From: an uncultured Planctomycetaceae bacterium
GTDB lineage: Bacteria > Planctomycetota > Planctomycetia > Planctomycetales > Planctomycetaceae
Length of the DNA: 64,000 nt
Reading direction: 5' to 3'
Assembly: GCA_963813715.1 (NCBI GenBank)
Contig: CAWFAK010000007.1
Span: forward strand, 576,001 to 640,000
A model generated the notes under the pieces. The model worked only from the letters and a program-made list of their open reading frames with translations. It searched no databases and had not been told where the DNA came from. Within the stretch, counting starts at the first letter, position 1, and each line of letters begins with the position of its first letter. Below are positions 23,272-36,441 of the stretch, one piece after another. The translations under genes were made by a program, and so were the position numbers.

Positions 23272-25368
23272 ATGCGGTTCCCAGCAACTTCGCGCACCGG
23301 CAGCACTCTGATCGCGGTCACCTTGGCCCTGGCGGCCTCGACCATTTTCGCCCATGAGGCAGCTGAGCCCCGGCCGGCGGAGTCGCGGACGGCGATCCTC
23401 GTCTGCAAGATGATCGAAGAGAATCACATCAGCCACGTGCGGATCAACGAAGAGATCTCCGCCAAGCTGTTCAAGCACTACATCGAGCTGTTGGACCCGC
23501 GCAAGCTCTACTTCACCCAGGCTGATATCGACGAGCTGGGCCAGGACAAGGCCAAGCTCGGCGACCTGATGAAGCACGGCAACGTCGACTTTGCTTACAA
23601 CACGTTCGACCTGTTCCTCAAGCGGGTCGCCGAACGCAAGGCGCTTGCCGACAAGTTCATCGAAGAAAAGCCCGACTTCAGCGTTAAAGAAGGCATGGTA
23701 ATCGACGCCGAAAAGCTCCCCTGGGCCAAGACCCCCGAGGAGATCAGCGAGCGGTGGCGGAAGCAGATCAAGTACGACCTCTTGCAGCTGAAGCTCGAAG
23801 ACACGCCGGAAGCCGAGGCCAAGACGCGCGTGAAGAAGCGCTACCATCTCAATCTCGAAAACTGGACGCAGATGGATGACGGCGAAAAGCTCGAGCTCTA
23901 CCTGAGCGCGCTCACCCACTGTCTCGATCCGCACTCCAGCTACATGTCGCCGCAGACCCGCGACGAGTTCCGCATCTCGATGGAGCTGCGGCTCGAAGGG
24001 ATCGGCGCAGCCCTCCGTGAAGAAGACGGCTACACCGTCGTCAAGCAGATCGTCCCGGGCGGCGCCGCCGAAAAGGACGGCCGTCTGAAGGTCGGCGATA
24101 AGATCATCGGCGTCGACAGCAAGGGCGAAGGCGAGATCACTCCCGTTGTGGAAATGAAGCTCACCAAGGTCGTGCGGCTGATCCGCGGACCGCGAGGCAC
24201 CAAGGTCCGCCTGCAGGTGAAGACGGCCGAGCACATCGATACGAAAGACCCGTCGAAGAACAAGAAGAGCCAGGTGGCCGTCTACGCGCTCACCCGCCGC
24301 ACCATCGAACTCACCTCGTCCGAGGTCAAGGGCCAGATCATACAGGCCGCCGATCGGATCAAGGGTGCCCACGGCCGCATCGGCGTGCTCCGCATCCCCT
24401 CGTTCTATCGCGACTTCAACGGCGCCTCGAGCGGCGAGGATGACTTCAAGAGCACGGCCCGCGACTGCCAGAAAGTCCTCGACAGCTTCAAGCGTCAGGG
24501 CGGCATCGACATGCTGGTCGTCGACCTTCGCGACAACGGCGGTGGCGCCTTGAGCGAAGCCATCGAAGTTTCCGGCCTGTTCATCGAGTCCGGCCCCATC
24601 GTCCAGGTGAAGACACCGGGCGGTGAGAAGGACATCCATCCTGATACGAACCCGACCGTGGCTTATGCCGGTCCGATGGTCGTGCTGACCAATCGGCTCT
24701 CGGCGTCGGCTTCGGAAATCTTTGCCGGCGTGATCAAGGACTATCGCCGCGGCATCATCGTCGGCGACACGTCGACCCACGGCAAAGGCACAGTGCAGAA
24801 CGTGATGCCGGTGGGCCAGTCGGGTCTGTCCGGCCTGTTCAATCCGGAAGACCGCGGGGCGCTGAAGCTCACGATCAGCCAGTTCTACCGGGTCAACGGC
24901 GACAGCACGCAGAACCTGGGCGTTCCCTCGGACGTCGTGCTCCCCTCGCTGTGGGACCACATGGACATTGGCGAATCGTCGCTGGAGAACGCCCTCAAGT
25001 TCGACCATATCGAGCCGGCCGACTACCAGGCTTGGAACCGCGTGAATCCGGAGATGGTCTCGCTCCTGCAAAAGCGGAGCGCGTCCCGCGTCTCGGATGA
25101 GCCCGAATTCAAGAAGCTGGCCAAGGAAATCGCCGTGTTCGACGAGCGGAAGAGCCGCAAGCAGATTTCGCTCAACCTCGAAACACGAAAGAAAGAGCGA
25201 ATTCAGGACAAGCTCGAGGAGAAGAAGGCCGAAGAGGTCGCCACCGAAGAGCAAGGCGACGGCCCGATCTTCGCCGCCGGCTACTACAACAACGAAGTTC
25301 TGCGGATCGGCATGGACTACCTGCAACTCGTGCAGCACGCCATGGCGACGGCCGCTGCCGGCAAATAG
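23272..25368 (+). CDS. prc: Carboxy-terminal processing protease (S41, Prc/Tsp-like)
   Basis: LDPHSSY, EGIGA PDZ domain, DLRDNGGG, SASASEI, GKGTVQ and FYRVNGDSTQ. Confidence 0.92.
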   Translation: MRFPATSRTGSTLIAVTLALAASTIFAHEAAEPRPAESRTAILVCKMIEENHISHVRINEEISAKLFKHYIELLDPRKLYFTQADIDELGQDKAKLGDLMKHGNVDFAYNTFDLFLKRVAERKALADKFIEEKPDFSVKEGMVIDAEKLPWAKTPEEISERWRKQIKYDLLQLKLEDTPEAEAKTRVKKRYHLNLENWTQMDDGEKLELYLSALTHCLDPHSSYMSPQTRDEFRISMELRLEGIGAALREEDGYTVVKQIVPGGAAEKDGRLKVGDKIIGVDSKGEGEITPVVEMKLTKVVRLIRGPRGTKVRLQVKTAEHIDTKDPSKNKKSQVAVYALTRRTIELTSSEVKGQIIQAADRIKGAHGRIGVLRIPSFYRDFNGASSGEDDFKSTARDCQKVLDSFKRQGGIDMLVVDLRDNGGGALSEAIEVSGLFIESGPIVQVKTPGGEKDIHPDTNPTVAYAGPMVVLTNRLSASASEIFAGVIKDYRRGIIVGDTSTHGKGTVQNVMPVGQSGLSGLFNPEDRGALKLTISQFYRVNGDSTQNLGVPSDVVLPSLWDHMDIGESSLENALKFDHIEPADYQAWNRVNPEMVSLLQKRSASRVSDEPEFKKLAKEIAVFDERKSRKQISLNLETRKKERIQDKLEEKKAEEVATEEQGDGPIFAAGYYNNEVLRIGMDYLQLVQHAMATAAAGK

Positions 25369-25388
25369 CACTCACCAAAGTCCCCTCC

Positions 25389-25421
25389 AGCCCGCAGGCC
25401 CACTCCTGCGGGCTTTTTTTT
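25389..25421 (+). terminator. Rho-independent terminator
   Basis: AGCCCGCAGG-loop-CCTGCGGGC followed by T8. Confidence 0.85.
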
Positions 25422-25508
25422 GCGCCTCAAAGAGTGCTGATCGAGCTCCGGACCTCTCTTTTTTTGCGTCGCCTGCCACAAAGGGCCCGTCTGGTCTAAG
25501 ATGCTTTG

Positions 25509-26598
25509 ATGTCGGCGATTGAAGTTCGCGAGCTGTCCAAAACCTACCGGGTTTTTCGCAAGCGGGAGGGCTTACTGGCCTCGATGGCGGGGCTCTTTCG
25601 ACGCGAATACAACCAGGTCCATGCCGTCGATCGAGTCAGCTTTTCGGTCGAGACCGGCGAGATCGTCGCCTTCCTCGGTCCCAATGGCGCGGGCAAAACG
25701 ACCACGCTCAAACTGCTTTCCGGCCTAATCTTCCCCAGTGCCGGCGAAGCCCGCGTGCTGGGCTACACGCCCTGGAAGCGCGACAACGCGTTTCGCCGCC
25801 GCTTTTCGCTGGTGATGGGCCAGAAGAACCAGCTCTGGTGGGATTTGCCGGCGCAGGAATCGTTCCGCCTGCACCGGGAAATCTACCGGGTCGAGCCGGC
25901 CGTCTTCCAGCGCCGGCTCGACGAGCTGACGAGCCTGCTCGAAGTGCGGAAGCTCGTCGGCCAGCCGGTGCGCGAACTGTCGCTGGGCGAGCGAATGCGA
26001 ATGGAGCTGATCGCCGCCCTCCTGCACGGCCCGGAGGTGTTGCTGCTGGACGAGCCGACGATTGGCCTGGACGTCGTGTCCCAGCGCCGCGTGCAGGACT
26101 TCCTCAAGTTCTATCAGGCCGAGCGCAAGATCACGGTGCTCCTCACCAGTCACTACATGAAGGACGTGGAGGCCCTCTGCAAGCGGGCCATCATCATCAA
26201 TCATGGCCGCATCAATCACGACGGGCCGCTCGAGGACATTCTGGAGCGCTTCAGCCGGCACAAGATCATGGACCTGCAGTTTGCCGGCAGCGAAGTGCCG
26301 AACGATCTGGATCGCTTCGGCACGATCGTCGAATGCCAACCGCCCCGCGTCCGCCTGGAAGTGCCTCGGCAAAACATCCCTAAAATCCTCTCGGCCCTGC
26401 TCTCGAATTACAGCATCGAAGACGTCGGCGTGCAGGAGCGGCCGCTCGAAGAAGTGATCGCCGAGCTGTTTTCCTCCGACGACGCATCGCAAGCCGCGTC
26501 GGGCGCCGAGCGACCTGGTGGCGCGCGGCGCCCCGGCTTCCGACGCGCCCCCGCCGGGCGACTTCGATTTGGCAACCGAGCAACCCGTCGACCGCTGA
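25509..26598 (+). CDS. ABC transporter ATP-binding protein (true stop probably 26598 after a frameshift)
   Basis: [20 protein letters not shown] and LTSH. The track ORF runs on in a shadow frame across the permease. Confidence 0.88.
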
Positions 26599-26616
26599 AC
26601 GGAGCGTCCGTCAACC

Positions 26617-27444
26617 ATGGTGGCCCAGGCCCTGCAACTGCGCTGGACGATCCTCAAGACGAGCATCGAGGAGCGGCTCGCCTACCGGGGCGATTTCATT
26701 TTCGGCACGCTCGTGCGGTTCCTGCCGACCGTCACGCAGATCTTTCTCTGGTCGGCGATCTACGCGGCCGCCAAGCCGGGCTCCGACGGAAAGATCAACC
26801 ACTACACCTACCACCAGATGATCGCCTACTACCTCCTCGCGATGGTCTCGCGGGCGTTCTCCAGCATGCCGGGGCTGGCCGAGGGGATCGCGCTCGAGAT
26901 TCGCGACGGCACGATCAAAAAGTACCTCACCCAGCCGATCGACATGCTGGGTTACCTGTTCTGGCATCGCATGGCGCACAAGCTGGTCTACTATGCCATC
27001 GCCACGCTGCCCTTCGCGCTCGTCTTCTGGTTGTGCCGCGGCTACTTCGACGGCTGGCCCGACGGGCTGACGACGGCCGCCTGGATCGCGTCGCTCCTGC
27101 TCTCGTTTCTTTTGGGATTCTTGATGGAAGCACTGATCGGTCTGATCGGCTTCTGGTTCCTCGAGGTCAGCTCGCTCGTGTTCATCTACATGATGATCAC
27201 TTACTTTTTGTCCGGTCAGATGCTGCCGCTCGACTGGCTGCCCAAAGTCGTCACGCAGCCGCTCGAGTTTCTGCCGTTCAAATACCTGGCGTACTTTCCG
27301 GCAGCGATCATGCTGGGTCGCTACAACCACACGCAGCTCGGCTTCGAGCTGCTGGAACTCGTCGGCTGGGTGGTCATCCTCTTCATCGCCTGCCGGACGG
27401 CGTTCGCGCTCGGCCTCCGGCGTTACGGTGCCTACGGCGGCTGA
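26617..27444 (+). CDS. ABC-2 family transporter permease
   Basis: Multiple TM helices; YRGDF, IRDGTI..YL..P and SGQMLPL. Confidence 0.88.
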   Translation: MVAQALQLRWTILKTSIEERLAYRGDFIFGTLVRFLPTVTQIFLWSAIYAAAKPGSDGKINHYTYHQMIAYYLLAMVSRAFSSMPGLAEGIALEIRDGTIKKYLTQPIDMLGYLFWHRMAHKLVYYAIATLPFALVFWLCRGYFDGWPDGLTTAAWIASLLLSFLLGFLMEALIGLIGFWFLEVSSLVFIYMMITYFLSGQMLPLDWLPKVVTQPLEFLPFKYLAYFPAAIMLGRYNHTQLGFELLELVGWVVILFIACRTAFALGLRRYGAYGG

Positions 27445-27481
27445 CGAGCGCTTCGGATGACAGAGATCTCCTAGAGGCGAG

Positions 27482-27940
27482 ATGAAACGAGTCGGCTCAC
27501 TGCTCAGCGTTGGCGCGATGGTGCTCATGGCGCATTCGTGTTCGCCTGATCGTCCCGGCCCTGCTCCTCGGGAGTCCGCCCAGCGCCCTGCCGTCGAGTA
27601 CGCCCCGACCTCGATCGTGGCCGTGCCAAGCGGTGCCAGCGCCGAGCACAAAGCGTTAGCGAAAGAAATCGCCGCGTCACTCGGATCGGACACGATCCTC
27701 GAGCAGCCGGTGAATCCCGTCTGCTGCATCTGGGTCGAGATCAACGGATTCGTCCCATATCCCACCCAGGACGGCTACGTCATCATCAACGGCCGCGGCG
27801 GAAGCATCGTCACGGCATCCAGCGTCGAGCAACTGCGGGCAGCCGTCGATCGATTCAAGAAGACCATTCGCCAACGCGACGGCATGCACGAGGTGCCCAT
27901 CGGACTGCTGACGAACTATCGCGTCGTGTCAGGCGAGTGA
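27482..27940 (+). CDS. Hypothetical exported protein
   Basis: GAGG SD; signal-like N-terminus ending AHSC; no recognised domain. Confidence 0.55.
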   Translation: MKRVGSLLSVGAMVLMAHSCSPDRPGPAPRESAQRPAVEYAPTSIVAVPSGASAEHKALAKEIAASLGSDTILEQPVNPVCCIWVEINGFVPYPTQDGYVIINGRGGSIVTASSVEQLRAAVDRFKKTIRQRDGMHEVPIGLLTNYRVVSGE

Positions 27941-28034
27941 GACCCGGCGTCCAATCGCGACACGAGAGATCTGGTTGGCGCTCGCCGCATGAATATCTGA
28001 GGTCTCTTAGGAGTTCTCCCGCGCAAATAAAGAA

Positions 28035-28060
28035 CCGACGACAAGTCGTCGGCTTGGAAA
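28035..28060. repeat. Palindromic repeat, family C (possible terminator for gcvT)
   Basis: CCGACGAC-AA-GTCGTCGG-CTTGGAAA; a second copy lies at 33272. Confidence 0.65.
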
Positions 28061-28158
28061 AGGGGAACGCGTCGGGTTGGCCCAAGGTCGGTCGCGCCGG
28101 CGAAGATCGCTGATGGAAATCCGGAAACGAGCAGCGATCCGGACGCCTTGCTCCGACT

Positions 28159-29244
28159 TCACCCCTTGCGGTGATAGAACGGCAGTTTGACGACGTTGGC
28201 CGGTTCGCGCTTGCCGCGGATGTCGATTTCGACCGCTTGTCCAACCGCGGCCGCGCCCTTGTCGACGTAGGCCATGGCGATCGGTTTTTGCAGCGTGGGC
28301 GAAAACGTGCCGGAGGTGACCTGGCCGATTTCTCGACCGTCGCAGAGGACGGCCGAGCCTTCGCGGGCGATGCGTTTGCTCGCGAGTTCCAATCCAATGC
28401 GGTCCTTTTTAATGCCCGCGACCTGGATGGCGAGCAGTGCCGACTTGCCGATGAAGTCGCCGGCTTTCAATTTGACGGCGAACGACAATCCGGCCGTGAG
28501 CGGGTCGATCGATTCGCTCAGCTCGTGGCCGTAGAGGGCCATCGCGGCTTCGAGCCGCAGCGTGTCGCGCGCTCCCAGCCCGCAGGCGGCGAGCTTCATC
28601 TCCTTGCCGTCGGCCATCAGGCGGTGCCACACGTCGGGGCCGTCGGACGCGGCGACCACTAGCTCAAAGCCGTCCTCGCCCGTGTAGCCCGTGCGGCTGA
28701 CGAGGGCCGGCCGCCCGAAGACCATCGCCTCGACGCCGGAATAGTATTTGAGGTTGGACAGCTCGACGTCGACGTGCGCGTGCAGGACATCGAGCGCCCG
28801 CGGCCCCTGCACGGCCAGCATGAAGGTGGCCAACGTCTGGTCCTCGACGTGCACGGGAAAGCGGCCTTGGTACCGGGCGATCCAGTCGACGATCTTGAGG
28901 CGATTCGAGGCGTTCACCACGAGGTAATAAAACGCATCGAAGCGATAGACGAGTACGTCGTCGAGCACGCCGCCCGACTCGTTGACCACGAGCGAATAGC
29001 GGATGTCGCCCGGTTGGAGCTTCGTCACGTCGTTGGTCAACAGCAGGTCAAGCAGACCGCAGGCGCCGTCCCCGCTGAACTTGATCCGACCCATGTGGGC
29101 GATGTCGAACAAGCCGGCCGTGCGCCGCACAGCCTGGTGCTCGTCGATGATCGACGCATATTGGACCGGCATTTCCCAGCCGGCAAAGTCGATCATGCGG
29201 CCGCCGTGAGCCACGTGCCAGGGATAACAGGCCGTTCGCAGCAT
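28159..29244 (-). CDS. gcvT: Glycine cleavage system aminomethyltransferase T
   Basis: DFAGWEMPVQY, GLFDIAHMG, SRTGYTGEDGFE and GLGARDTLRLEA. Confidence 0.96.
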   Translation of the reverse strand: MLRTACYPWHVAHGGRMIDFAGWEMPVQYASIIDEHQAVRRTAGLFDIAHMGRIKFSGDGACGLLDLLLTNDVTKLQPGDIRYSLVVNESGGVLDDVLVYRFDAFYYLVVNASNRLKIVDWIARYQGRFPVHVEDQTLATFMLAVQGPRALDVLHAHVDVELSNLKYYSGVEAMVFGRPALVSRTGYTGEDGFELVVAASDGPDVWHRLMADGKEMKLAACGLGARDTLRLEAAMALYGHELSESIDPLTAGLSFAVKLKAGDFIGKSALLAIQVAGIKKDRIGLELASKRIAREGSAVLCDGREIGQVTSGTFSPTLQKPIAMAYVDKGAAAVGQAVEIDIRGKREPANVVKLPFYHRKG

Positions 29245-29310
29245 TGATGGGTTCCGTGCGGCCCAAGGTTCCGTTCGGCGCGATTGGGGCAAATCGCGTT
29301 CCGCAATGCT

Positions 29311-29393
29311 GGTGCACTGGCGGCTCGCCCGCCAGTGTCTTCTTGCGACTCGATCAAAAAGGCCACTGGCGGACAAGCCGCCAGGTGCCACCC
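29311..29393. repeat. REPIN-like inverted doublet, family A
   Basis: GCACTGGCGGCTCGCCCGCCAGTG ... CACTGGCGGACAAGCCGCCAGGTGCCACCC. Confidence 0.8.
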
Positions 29394-29399
29394 CGCCAG

Positions 29400-30161
29400 T
29401 TACTTGCCGCCGCCGAGCGTGGACTTCAGGTATTCGCGGTTGAGTCGGGCGATGTTGGAGATGGAAATCGCAGCGGGGCAGGCGGCCTCGCACTCTTCAG
29501 TGACGGTGCAGCCGCCGAAGCCTTCCTTGTCCATCTGGGCGATCATCGAGACGACGCGGCTGCGGCGTTCCGGCTCGCCCTGCGGCAACAGGGCCAGGTG
29601 CGAGACCTTGGCACTGACGAAGAGCATGGCCGACGCGTTTTTGCACGCCGCCACGCAGGCTCCGCAGCCGATGCAGGCCGCCGCGCTCATCGCCAGGTCG
29701 GATTCATCCTTCGGCACCAAAATCGCGTTGGCATCCGGCGCGTTGCCCGTGTTGACCGAGATGTAGCCGCCGGCCGTCATGATCCGGTCGAAGGCCGAGC
29801 GATCGACGGCCAGGTCCTTCACGACCGGAAAGGCGCGAGCTCGCCAGGGCTCGATGACAATCGTGTCACCGCTGCGGAAGTGCCGCATGTGGAGTTGGCA
29901 GGTGGTCGTCTCGGCCTCCGGCCCGTGGGCCTGGCCGTTGATCATCATGCCGCACGCGCCGCAGATGCCTTCCCGGCAGTCGTGATCGAAGGCGACGGGC
30001 TCCTGCCCCTCCTTGATCAGCTGCTCGTTGAGCACGTCGAGCATTTCGAGGAACGACATGTCGGGCGAGACGTCGTCGATCTGGTAGGTCTCGAACCGCC
30101 CCCGCGTCTGGGCATTGGGCTGCCGCCAAATCTTCAATGTCAGCGAAAGGTTGCCGGACAT
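29400..30161 (-). CDS. sdhB: Succinate dehydrogenase/fumarate reductase Fe-S subunit
   Basis: [21 protein letters not shown] and [12 protein letters not shown]. Confidence 0.95.
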   Translation of the reverse strand: MSGNLSLTLKIWRQPNAQTRGRFETYQIDDVSPDMSFLEMLDVLNEQLIKEGQEPVAFDHDCREGICGACGMMINGQAHGPEAETTTCQLHMRHFRSGDTIVIEPWRARAFPVVKDLAVDRSAFDRIMTAGGYISVNTGNAPDANAILVPKDESDLAMSAAACIGCGACVAACKNASAMLFVSAKVSHLALLPQGEPERRSRVVSMIAQMDKEGFGGCTVTEECEAACPAAISISNIARLNREYLKSTLGGGK

Positions 30162-30228
30162 GATTTTCGATCGCTCCGTGGCGACCTGTGTCGCCCGCAC
30201 TTTTCCAGCGACATGGGTCGCCCGTTTC

Positions 30229-32159
<1,931 letters not shown>

Positions 32160-32246
32160 CGCCGTCCGTTTTTCTGTCGAGTGCAGGTCAGTGTATTTGC
32201 CGGCCAGTTTGTTCGTCGACCAGTTGTTCGCCGGCCGCGCGCTTGC

Positions 32247-32942
32247 TCAGTGCGCGCCGGCCGTTCCCATCCGCGCGAAAAAGACAAAGCTCGCAAAGCC
32301 GACCGCGATCACGCAGGCGAAGACCACGCCGACCCACTTGATCAGTGCCGCGTACTTCGGATGCGTGATCCCCAGCGACTGGAACGCGCTGGCGAAACCG
32401 TGCCACAAGTGAATGCCCAGAATGATCACGCCGATGAGATAAACGCCCGACGTGAAATTGTCGTTGAGGATGCGGATGGCCTTGTCGAACGGTTCCTCGC
32501 TTGGCGGCGTCGTGAACCAGGGCCATTTCTGCCAGGTGAACTGCAGCAGGTGCACGATCAAGAAGAAGAGCACGATCGCTCCCGAGGTGAACATCCACGC
32601 CTCGGGATGAACGGGAGAGCTCGTGGTGTGCGGGGCCGCGTCGAGCTTCGACCGCTTGACCGCGTAGCCGTGGCCGCGGGCCGCACGGTTCTGCTGCGTC
32701 ACCGTGAAGGCCAACAGGATGTGTATCACGAACAACGCGAACAGGATGAATTCGGCCACCTTCAATAGGGCCGGCTCGCTGTGCAGTGTGTGCGCGTACT
32801 TGTTGTAAGCGTCGGGGCCGAGATAGAGCAGCAGGTTGCCGGCCAGGTGCGCGACGAGAAACCCGCAGAGCAGCAGTCCCGTGAATCCCATCACGAACTT
32901 CTTCCCCACGGAAGAGGAAAGGGCTTTCACGAGCGGGCTCAA
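32247..32942 (-). CDS. sdhC: Succinate dehydrogenase cytochrome b subunit
   Basis: SSVGKKFVMGFTG, HLAGN and HLWHGFASAFQSLG; AAGGAGG SD before TTG. Confidence 0.92.
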   Translation of the reverse strand: MSPLVKALSSSVGKKFVMGFTGLLLCGFLVAHLAGNLLLYLGPDAYNKYAHTLHSEPALLKVAEFILFALFVIHILLAFTVTQQNRAARGHGYAVKRSKLDAAPHTTSSPVHPEAWMFTSGAIVLFFLIVHLLQFTWQKWPWFTTPPSEEPFDKAIRILNDNFTSGVYLIGVIILGIHLWHGFASAFQSLGITHPKYAALIKWVGVVFACVIAVGFASFVFFARMGTAGAH

Positions 32943-33030
32943 AACGGCCTCCTTCAGGGAGTTTTCGCCGGACTTTTCGCCACATGAAAAGCAGTTCTGC
33001 GACGAGTTGGCCGGCGGTCTTAAGCACCGG

Positions 33031-33058
33031 ATTATAGGGCAACGAAGGCGAGATTCAA
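33031..33058 (-). promoter_or_regulatory. Candidate sigma70 promoter for sdhCAB
   Basis: TTGAAT-16 nt-TATAAT on the minus strand. Confidence 0.55.
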
Positions 33059-33271
33059 TCGACCGACGATCGCCACGGCTGCGCCGCACGCGCGACGGAT
33101 CAGCGGACTCTTGGAAAACGCGGCCCCGACGATCCCGCAACTGTCACAAGCGGCGATTTCCGGTGGATCACGTCGGACCGCCCGGGGAAAGATCCGTTCG
33201 GCCGCCGGAACGTTAATGGGTGCACGCCCTGACTGACTGATTAAAAAAAGCAGAAGAAAAGACAAAAAGAC

Positions 33272-33299
33272 CCGACGACGAAGTCGTCGGCTTGGGAAA
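33272..33299. repeat. Palindromic repeat, family C
   Basis: CCGACGAC-GAA-GTCGTCGG-CTTGGGAAA preceded by an A-rich tract. Confidence 0.65.
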
Positions 33300-33438
33300 T
33301 GGCAGGCCGTGGATGCCAGATGTCGGCGCCCGAGCGCACTCGAGCTCGAGACAATATGAACTCTGGTGCTCGCGACGGAACCGGACGTCTCGCACGCCCA
33401 TTGTCGGCGCGGCACGCATCTGCGAGCATGGAAAATGG

Positions 33439-33733
33439 ATGGAAACGCCGAGTGAAACATCCGACGCGCCGCTGGAAACGCCCGCCCCAGAGCCCGAGGC
33501 GCCGGCCCCATTGCCGATGGAAGAACAGACAGCGACGCGGGCCGAAGAACAGCCCGTACTGCCGCGCTCGTTTTTCAAGCTCGAACGCGGCGACGTGCTG
33601 CCGTTCTGCCTGCTCATCGGTTTCAGCGCGTGGCTCTGGTCGCGTGCCAGCGATTCTCTGGGCAGCAGTGCGGCCTTCATCGGGGCGGCGATTCGGACTG
33701 GTGATCGCTTACGTCGTCCGCACGTTTTGTTAA
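33439..33733 (+). CDS. Small hypothetical membrane protein (probable frameshift near 33690)
   Basis: Pro/Glu-rich N-terminus, then hydrophobic segments PFCLLIGFSAWLW and FGLVIAYVV in adjacent frames. Confidence 0.4.
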
Positions 33734-33766
33734 GTCCGCGGCTGCTCCTCACCTTCGGAATCGCCG

Positions 33767-34576
33767 ATGCCAGAACCGACAATTCGGGTCGAAAACCTGA
33801 CGCAACACTACGGCGTTCGCCCCGTGCTGCGGGACATCAATCTCGACATCTACGCCGGTGAGCTGGTGGCCGTCATCGGCCCCAACGGCATGGGGAAGAC
33901 GACGCTGCTCGCGGCGATCGGCGGCGTCCATTCGCCACAGAAAGGCTCGGTGACCATCGCGGGGCTCAAGCGCCGCTCGTCACCCGCGGCCGAATTGGAG
34001 ATCCGCCGCAAGTCGGTCTACCTGCCCGACGCCGCCTTTCTGCCGCGGACGATGACCGCCCGCGAATTCTGGATCTCCGTCGGCAAGATCTACGAGATCG
34101 ACTACGACCGGTTGTTCGACCACATCGAGCGGCTGGTCGCGCTGTTCGAATTAGAACAGGTCGTCGATTCGCCCATCTCGAGCGGATCGGCCGGGCAGCA
34201 GAAGAAGGTGGCTCTCTCCGCGGCCCTGATCACCGACACGCCCATCCTGCTGTTGGACGAGCCCCTTTCGGGCGGGCTCGACGCGTCGGGAATTCTGGCG
34301 TTGCGGAAAGTGCTGCAGCGATTGGTCGCCGACCGCCACGCGACGATCGTGCTCACGGCGCCGGTGCCCGAACTGGTGGAGCAGCTGGCCTCGCGGGTCG
34401 TCGTGCTGCGGGCCGGGAGCATCGTCGCGGACGGAACGGTCGAACAGCTCATCGCTCAGTCCGGTCGCGGACGCTCGCTTGCGGACGCGCTCGAGCTGCT
34501 CTTTTTCCCAAAGACGGCCGACCACGTCGCCGACTACTTTCAGGACACGCGGCGCTTTCAGGACACTTCACGGTGA
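33767..34576 (+). CDS. ABC transporter ATP-binding protein
   Basis: GPNGMGKT, variant signature SAGQ, and LLLDEP. Confidence 0.9.
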   Translation: MPEPTIRVENLTQHYGVRPVLRDINLDIYAGELVAVIGPNGMGKTTLLAAIGGVHSPQKGSVTIAGLKRRSSPAAELEIRRKSVYLPDAAFLPRTMTAREFWISVGKIYEIDYDRLFDHIERLVALFELEQVVDSPISSGSAGQQKKVALSAALITDTPILLLDEPLSGGLDASGILALRKVLQRLVADRHATIVLTAPVPELVEQLASRVVVLRAGSIVADGTVEQLIAQSGRGRSLADALELLFFPKTADHVADYFQDTRRFQDTSR

Positions 34577-35775
34577 AACGCCTCTGGTACAGCGAGCCCG
34601 TTCGCAACTGCCGGCGGGTGTCGCCGCCGCCGTGGCCGGCCGCGGTCTTTCTGTTTTTCTTACTGGCGGCCGAGGCGTTCGCCTGGAGGTTGGGAGTCCC
34701 CGGTCTGGCGGTCCGACCGCCGGAGGTTGGCATCCCGGCAATTCTGGTGCTTGGGCTGGGGACCACCTTCTACGGGATCTATCGAGTGTTCGGGTTTCAT
34801 CCCAATCTGCGGCCCCGGTATCGCGAGTGGCTGCGGATTACCGCCTGGCACAGCCCGCAGCGGCTCCCCCTCGGCCCGGTGACGCTCACGTTGATGGACG
34901 GGATACTCTTACTCGTGGCGACGGCCCTGCTCTGGGCCCGCCATCCGACGATCCCGCCGTTGCGAGCCGCGCTGATTTTCTCGGTCAGTTATCTGTTGAG
35001 CATGGCGTTCGCCCTGCTGACGAGCGGGCCGCGGGGCTTCGGCTACGCGGTGCTCTTCGGCATCGGCGGAATTCTCATGGCCGCGTCTGATCTGGTGTTG
35101 GGCATCGGCATCGCCCTGACGACCTATTTTGTCGCGTGGGGCGGCCTACGGCTGGCGCTGATCAACCTGCGGGAAGTCGACACCAAGTCGATCGAACGCT
35201 ACTTCCTGCGAGTCGCGCCCCGCGGCATTCGAGCCGCAGAAATCTCCACGGTCTTCGTAGGCTGGCCGTTCGGCTATCTCGGTCCGAATCGGACGTTGCC
35301 CCACGCCTCGGCGTTCGACGTGGTCTGCCTCGCGGGATTGGCGGGGTGGCTGCTTGCCAGCTTCCGGGTGTTCTTCTGCTACGTAGTCGGCCCCGGAGTA
35401 ACAGACGAAGACTTGCGCTTGCTGGGCTGCCTGGCTTACGTCGGTGCGACGATGGCGTGTGGCCTCAGGATGCTCGTTTTTTGGATCAACCATCGGCCGC
35501 CGATCAGCGTTCTGGGACGGCTGGCGACATTCCGCTGGGTCATCCCGAGCTACGATCGGGCGTTCGCCGCGCCGCTCGCGGGAATGCTCGTCCTGTGGGG
35601 TTTTGCCGACTTAGTGCTGCTGCGCCGCGGCCCGCCTTCGCTCGCGGGCGTCTCCCTCCTGCTCACCGTCGCGTTGCTCGTGGCGTTTTTGCCGGGACCC
35701 TCTCTGAGAGCGTGGGCGCTGACCTCAGAGTGCCGCATCGTCGCGCAGAAGCCGCCCGCGCAGCTGGAGCGCTAA
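34573..35775 (+). CDS. Polytopic membrane protein (probable ABC permease partner)
   Basis: Many hydrophobic segments; GTGA overlap with the ATPase gene. Confidence 0.7.
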   Translation: MKRLWYSEPVRNCRRVSPPPWPAAVFLFFLLAAEAFAWRLGVPGLAVRPPEVGIPAILVLGLGTTFYGIYRVFGFHPNLRPRYREWLRITAWHSPQRLPLGPVTLTLMDGILLLVATALLWARHPTIPPLRAALIFSVSYLLSMAFALLTSGPRGFGYAVLFGIGGILMAASDLVLGIGIALTTYFVAWGGLRLALINLREVDTKSIERYFLRVAPRGIRAAEISTVFVGWPFGYLGPNRTLPHASAFDVVCLAGLAGWLLASFRVFFCYVVGPGVTDEDLRLLGCLAYVGATMACGLRMLVFWINHRPPISVLGRLATFRWVIPSYDRAFAAPLAGMLVLWGFADLVLLRRGPPSLAGVSLLLTVALLVAFLPGPSLRAWALTSECRIVAQKPPAQLER

Positions 35776-36055
35776 CCGGTCGGAACACGCCGAGGCACAA
35801 AGCAGAGAGCGGGCGGCCCCCAGTGGCGGGTCACGAGACGGGGGCGGGCCACAAAGACGAAAGCGGCAAAAAGCAACGACGGCACGCCGCGGGAATTCGG
35901 GAGCCTGTCCCCCACCTTGAAGGATTTCACGACGACTCGGAATCAGCACGAGTCGGGCACGGTCGGATCAACGGACTTGGCGGATCGCAGACGTGAAAAT
36001 GCGGCTCGGACTCCGTCCGGCCGGCGCGGCAGCGCGGCCGCGCAGCAAACTCCAT

Positions 36056-36441
36056 TTACTTTTCGTCTCGGCGGGCCTCTGCCACCATCTGCGAAATCCG
36101 ATCGAGCCCGTCGGTCTTGACGTCGACGCCGGAGATATCCAGGAGAGCGGCCACGGCGTGCTCCATCGAGCCGTCAAAGAACGTTTTGACGATGTGCTCG
36201 AGGGCCGTCTTCGCGCCTTGTCCCGGGACTGTGCCGGCAGGTAGACGTACCGCGCCCCTTGCTTCTTGTGCTTTACGTGCCCCTTGCGTTCCAGGATCCG
36301 CAACAGGCTTCGCACGCACGAATAGCTCGGAGGATCGGGCATATTCTCGAGCACGCCCGTCACGTCGGCCTCGCCGACGCGATACAGCGTGTCGAGAATC
36401 TGGCGCTCGCGGCGAGCCAGATACAACTGCGACTTTCGCAT
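36056..36441 (-). CDS. BlaI/MecI/CopY family transcriptional repressor (frameshift near 36215)
   Basis: RRERQILDTLY, PPSYSCVRSLLRILERKGHV, RYVY, then KTFFDGS in the next frame. Confidence 0.88.

Noticed and set aside
25506..27485. 659-aa ABC ATPase fusion
   Set aside because: The C-terminal half is a shadow frame over the permease, caused by an indel near 26500.
34538..34567. 18-bp tandem duplication at the end of the ABC ATPase (FQDTRR/FQDTSR)
   Set aside because: An in-frame local slippage with no evident significance.
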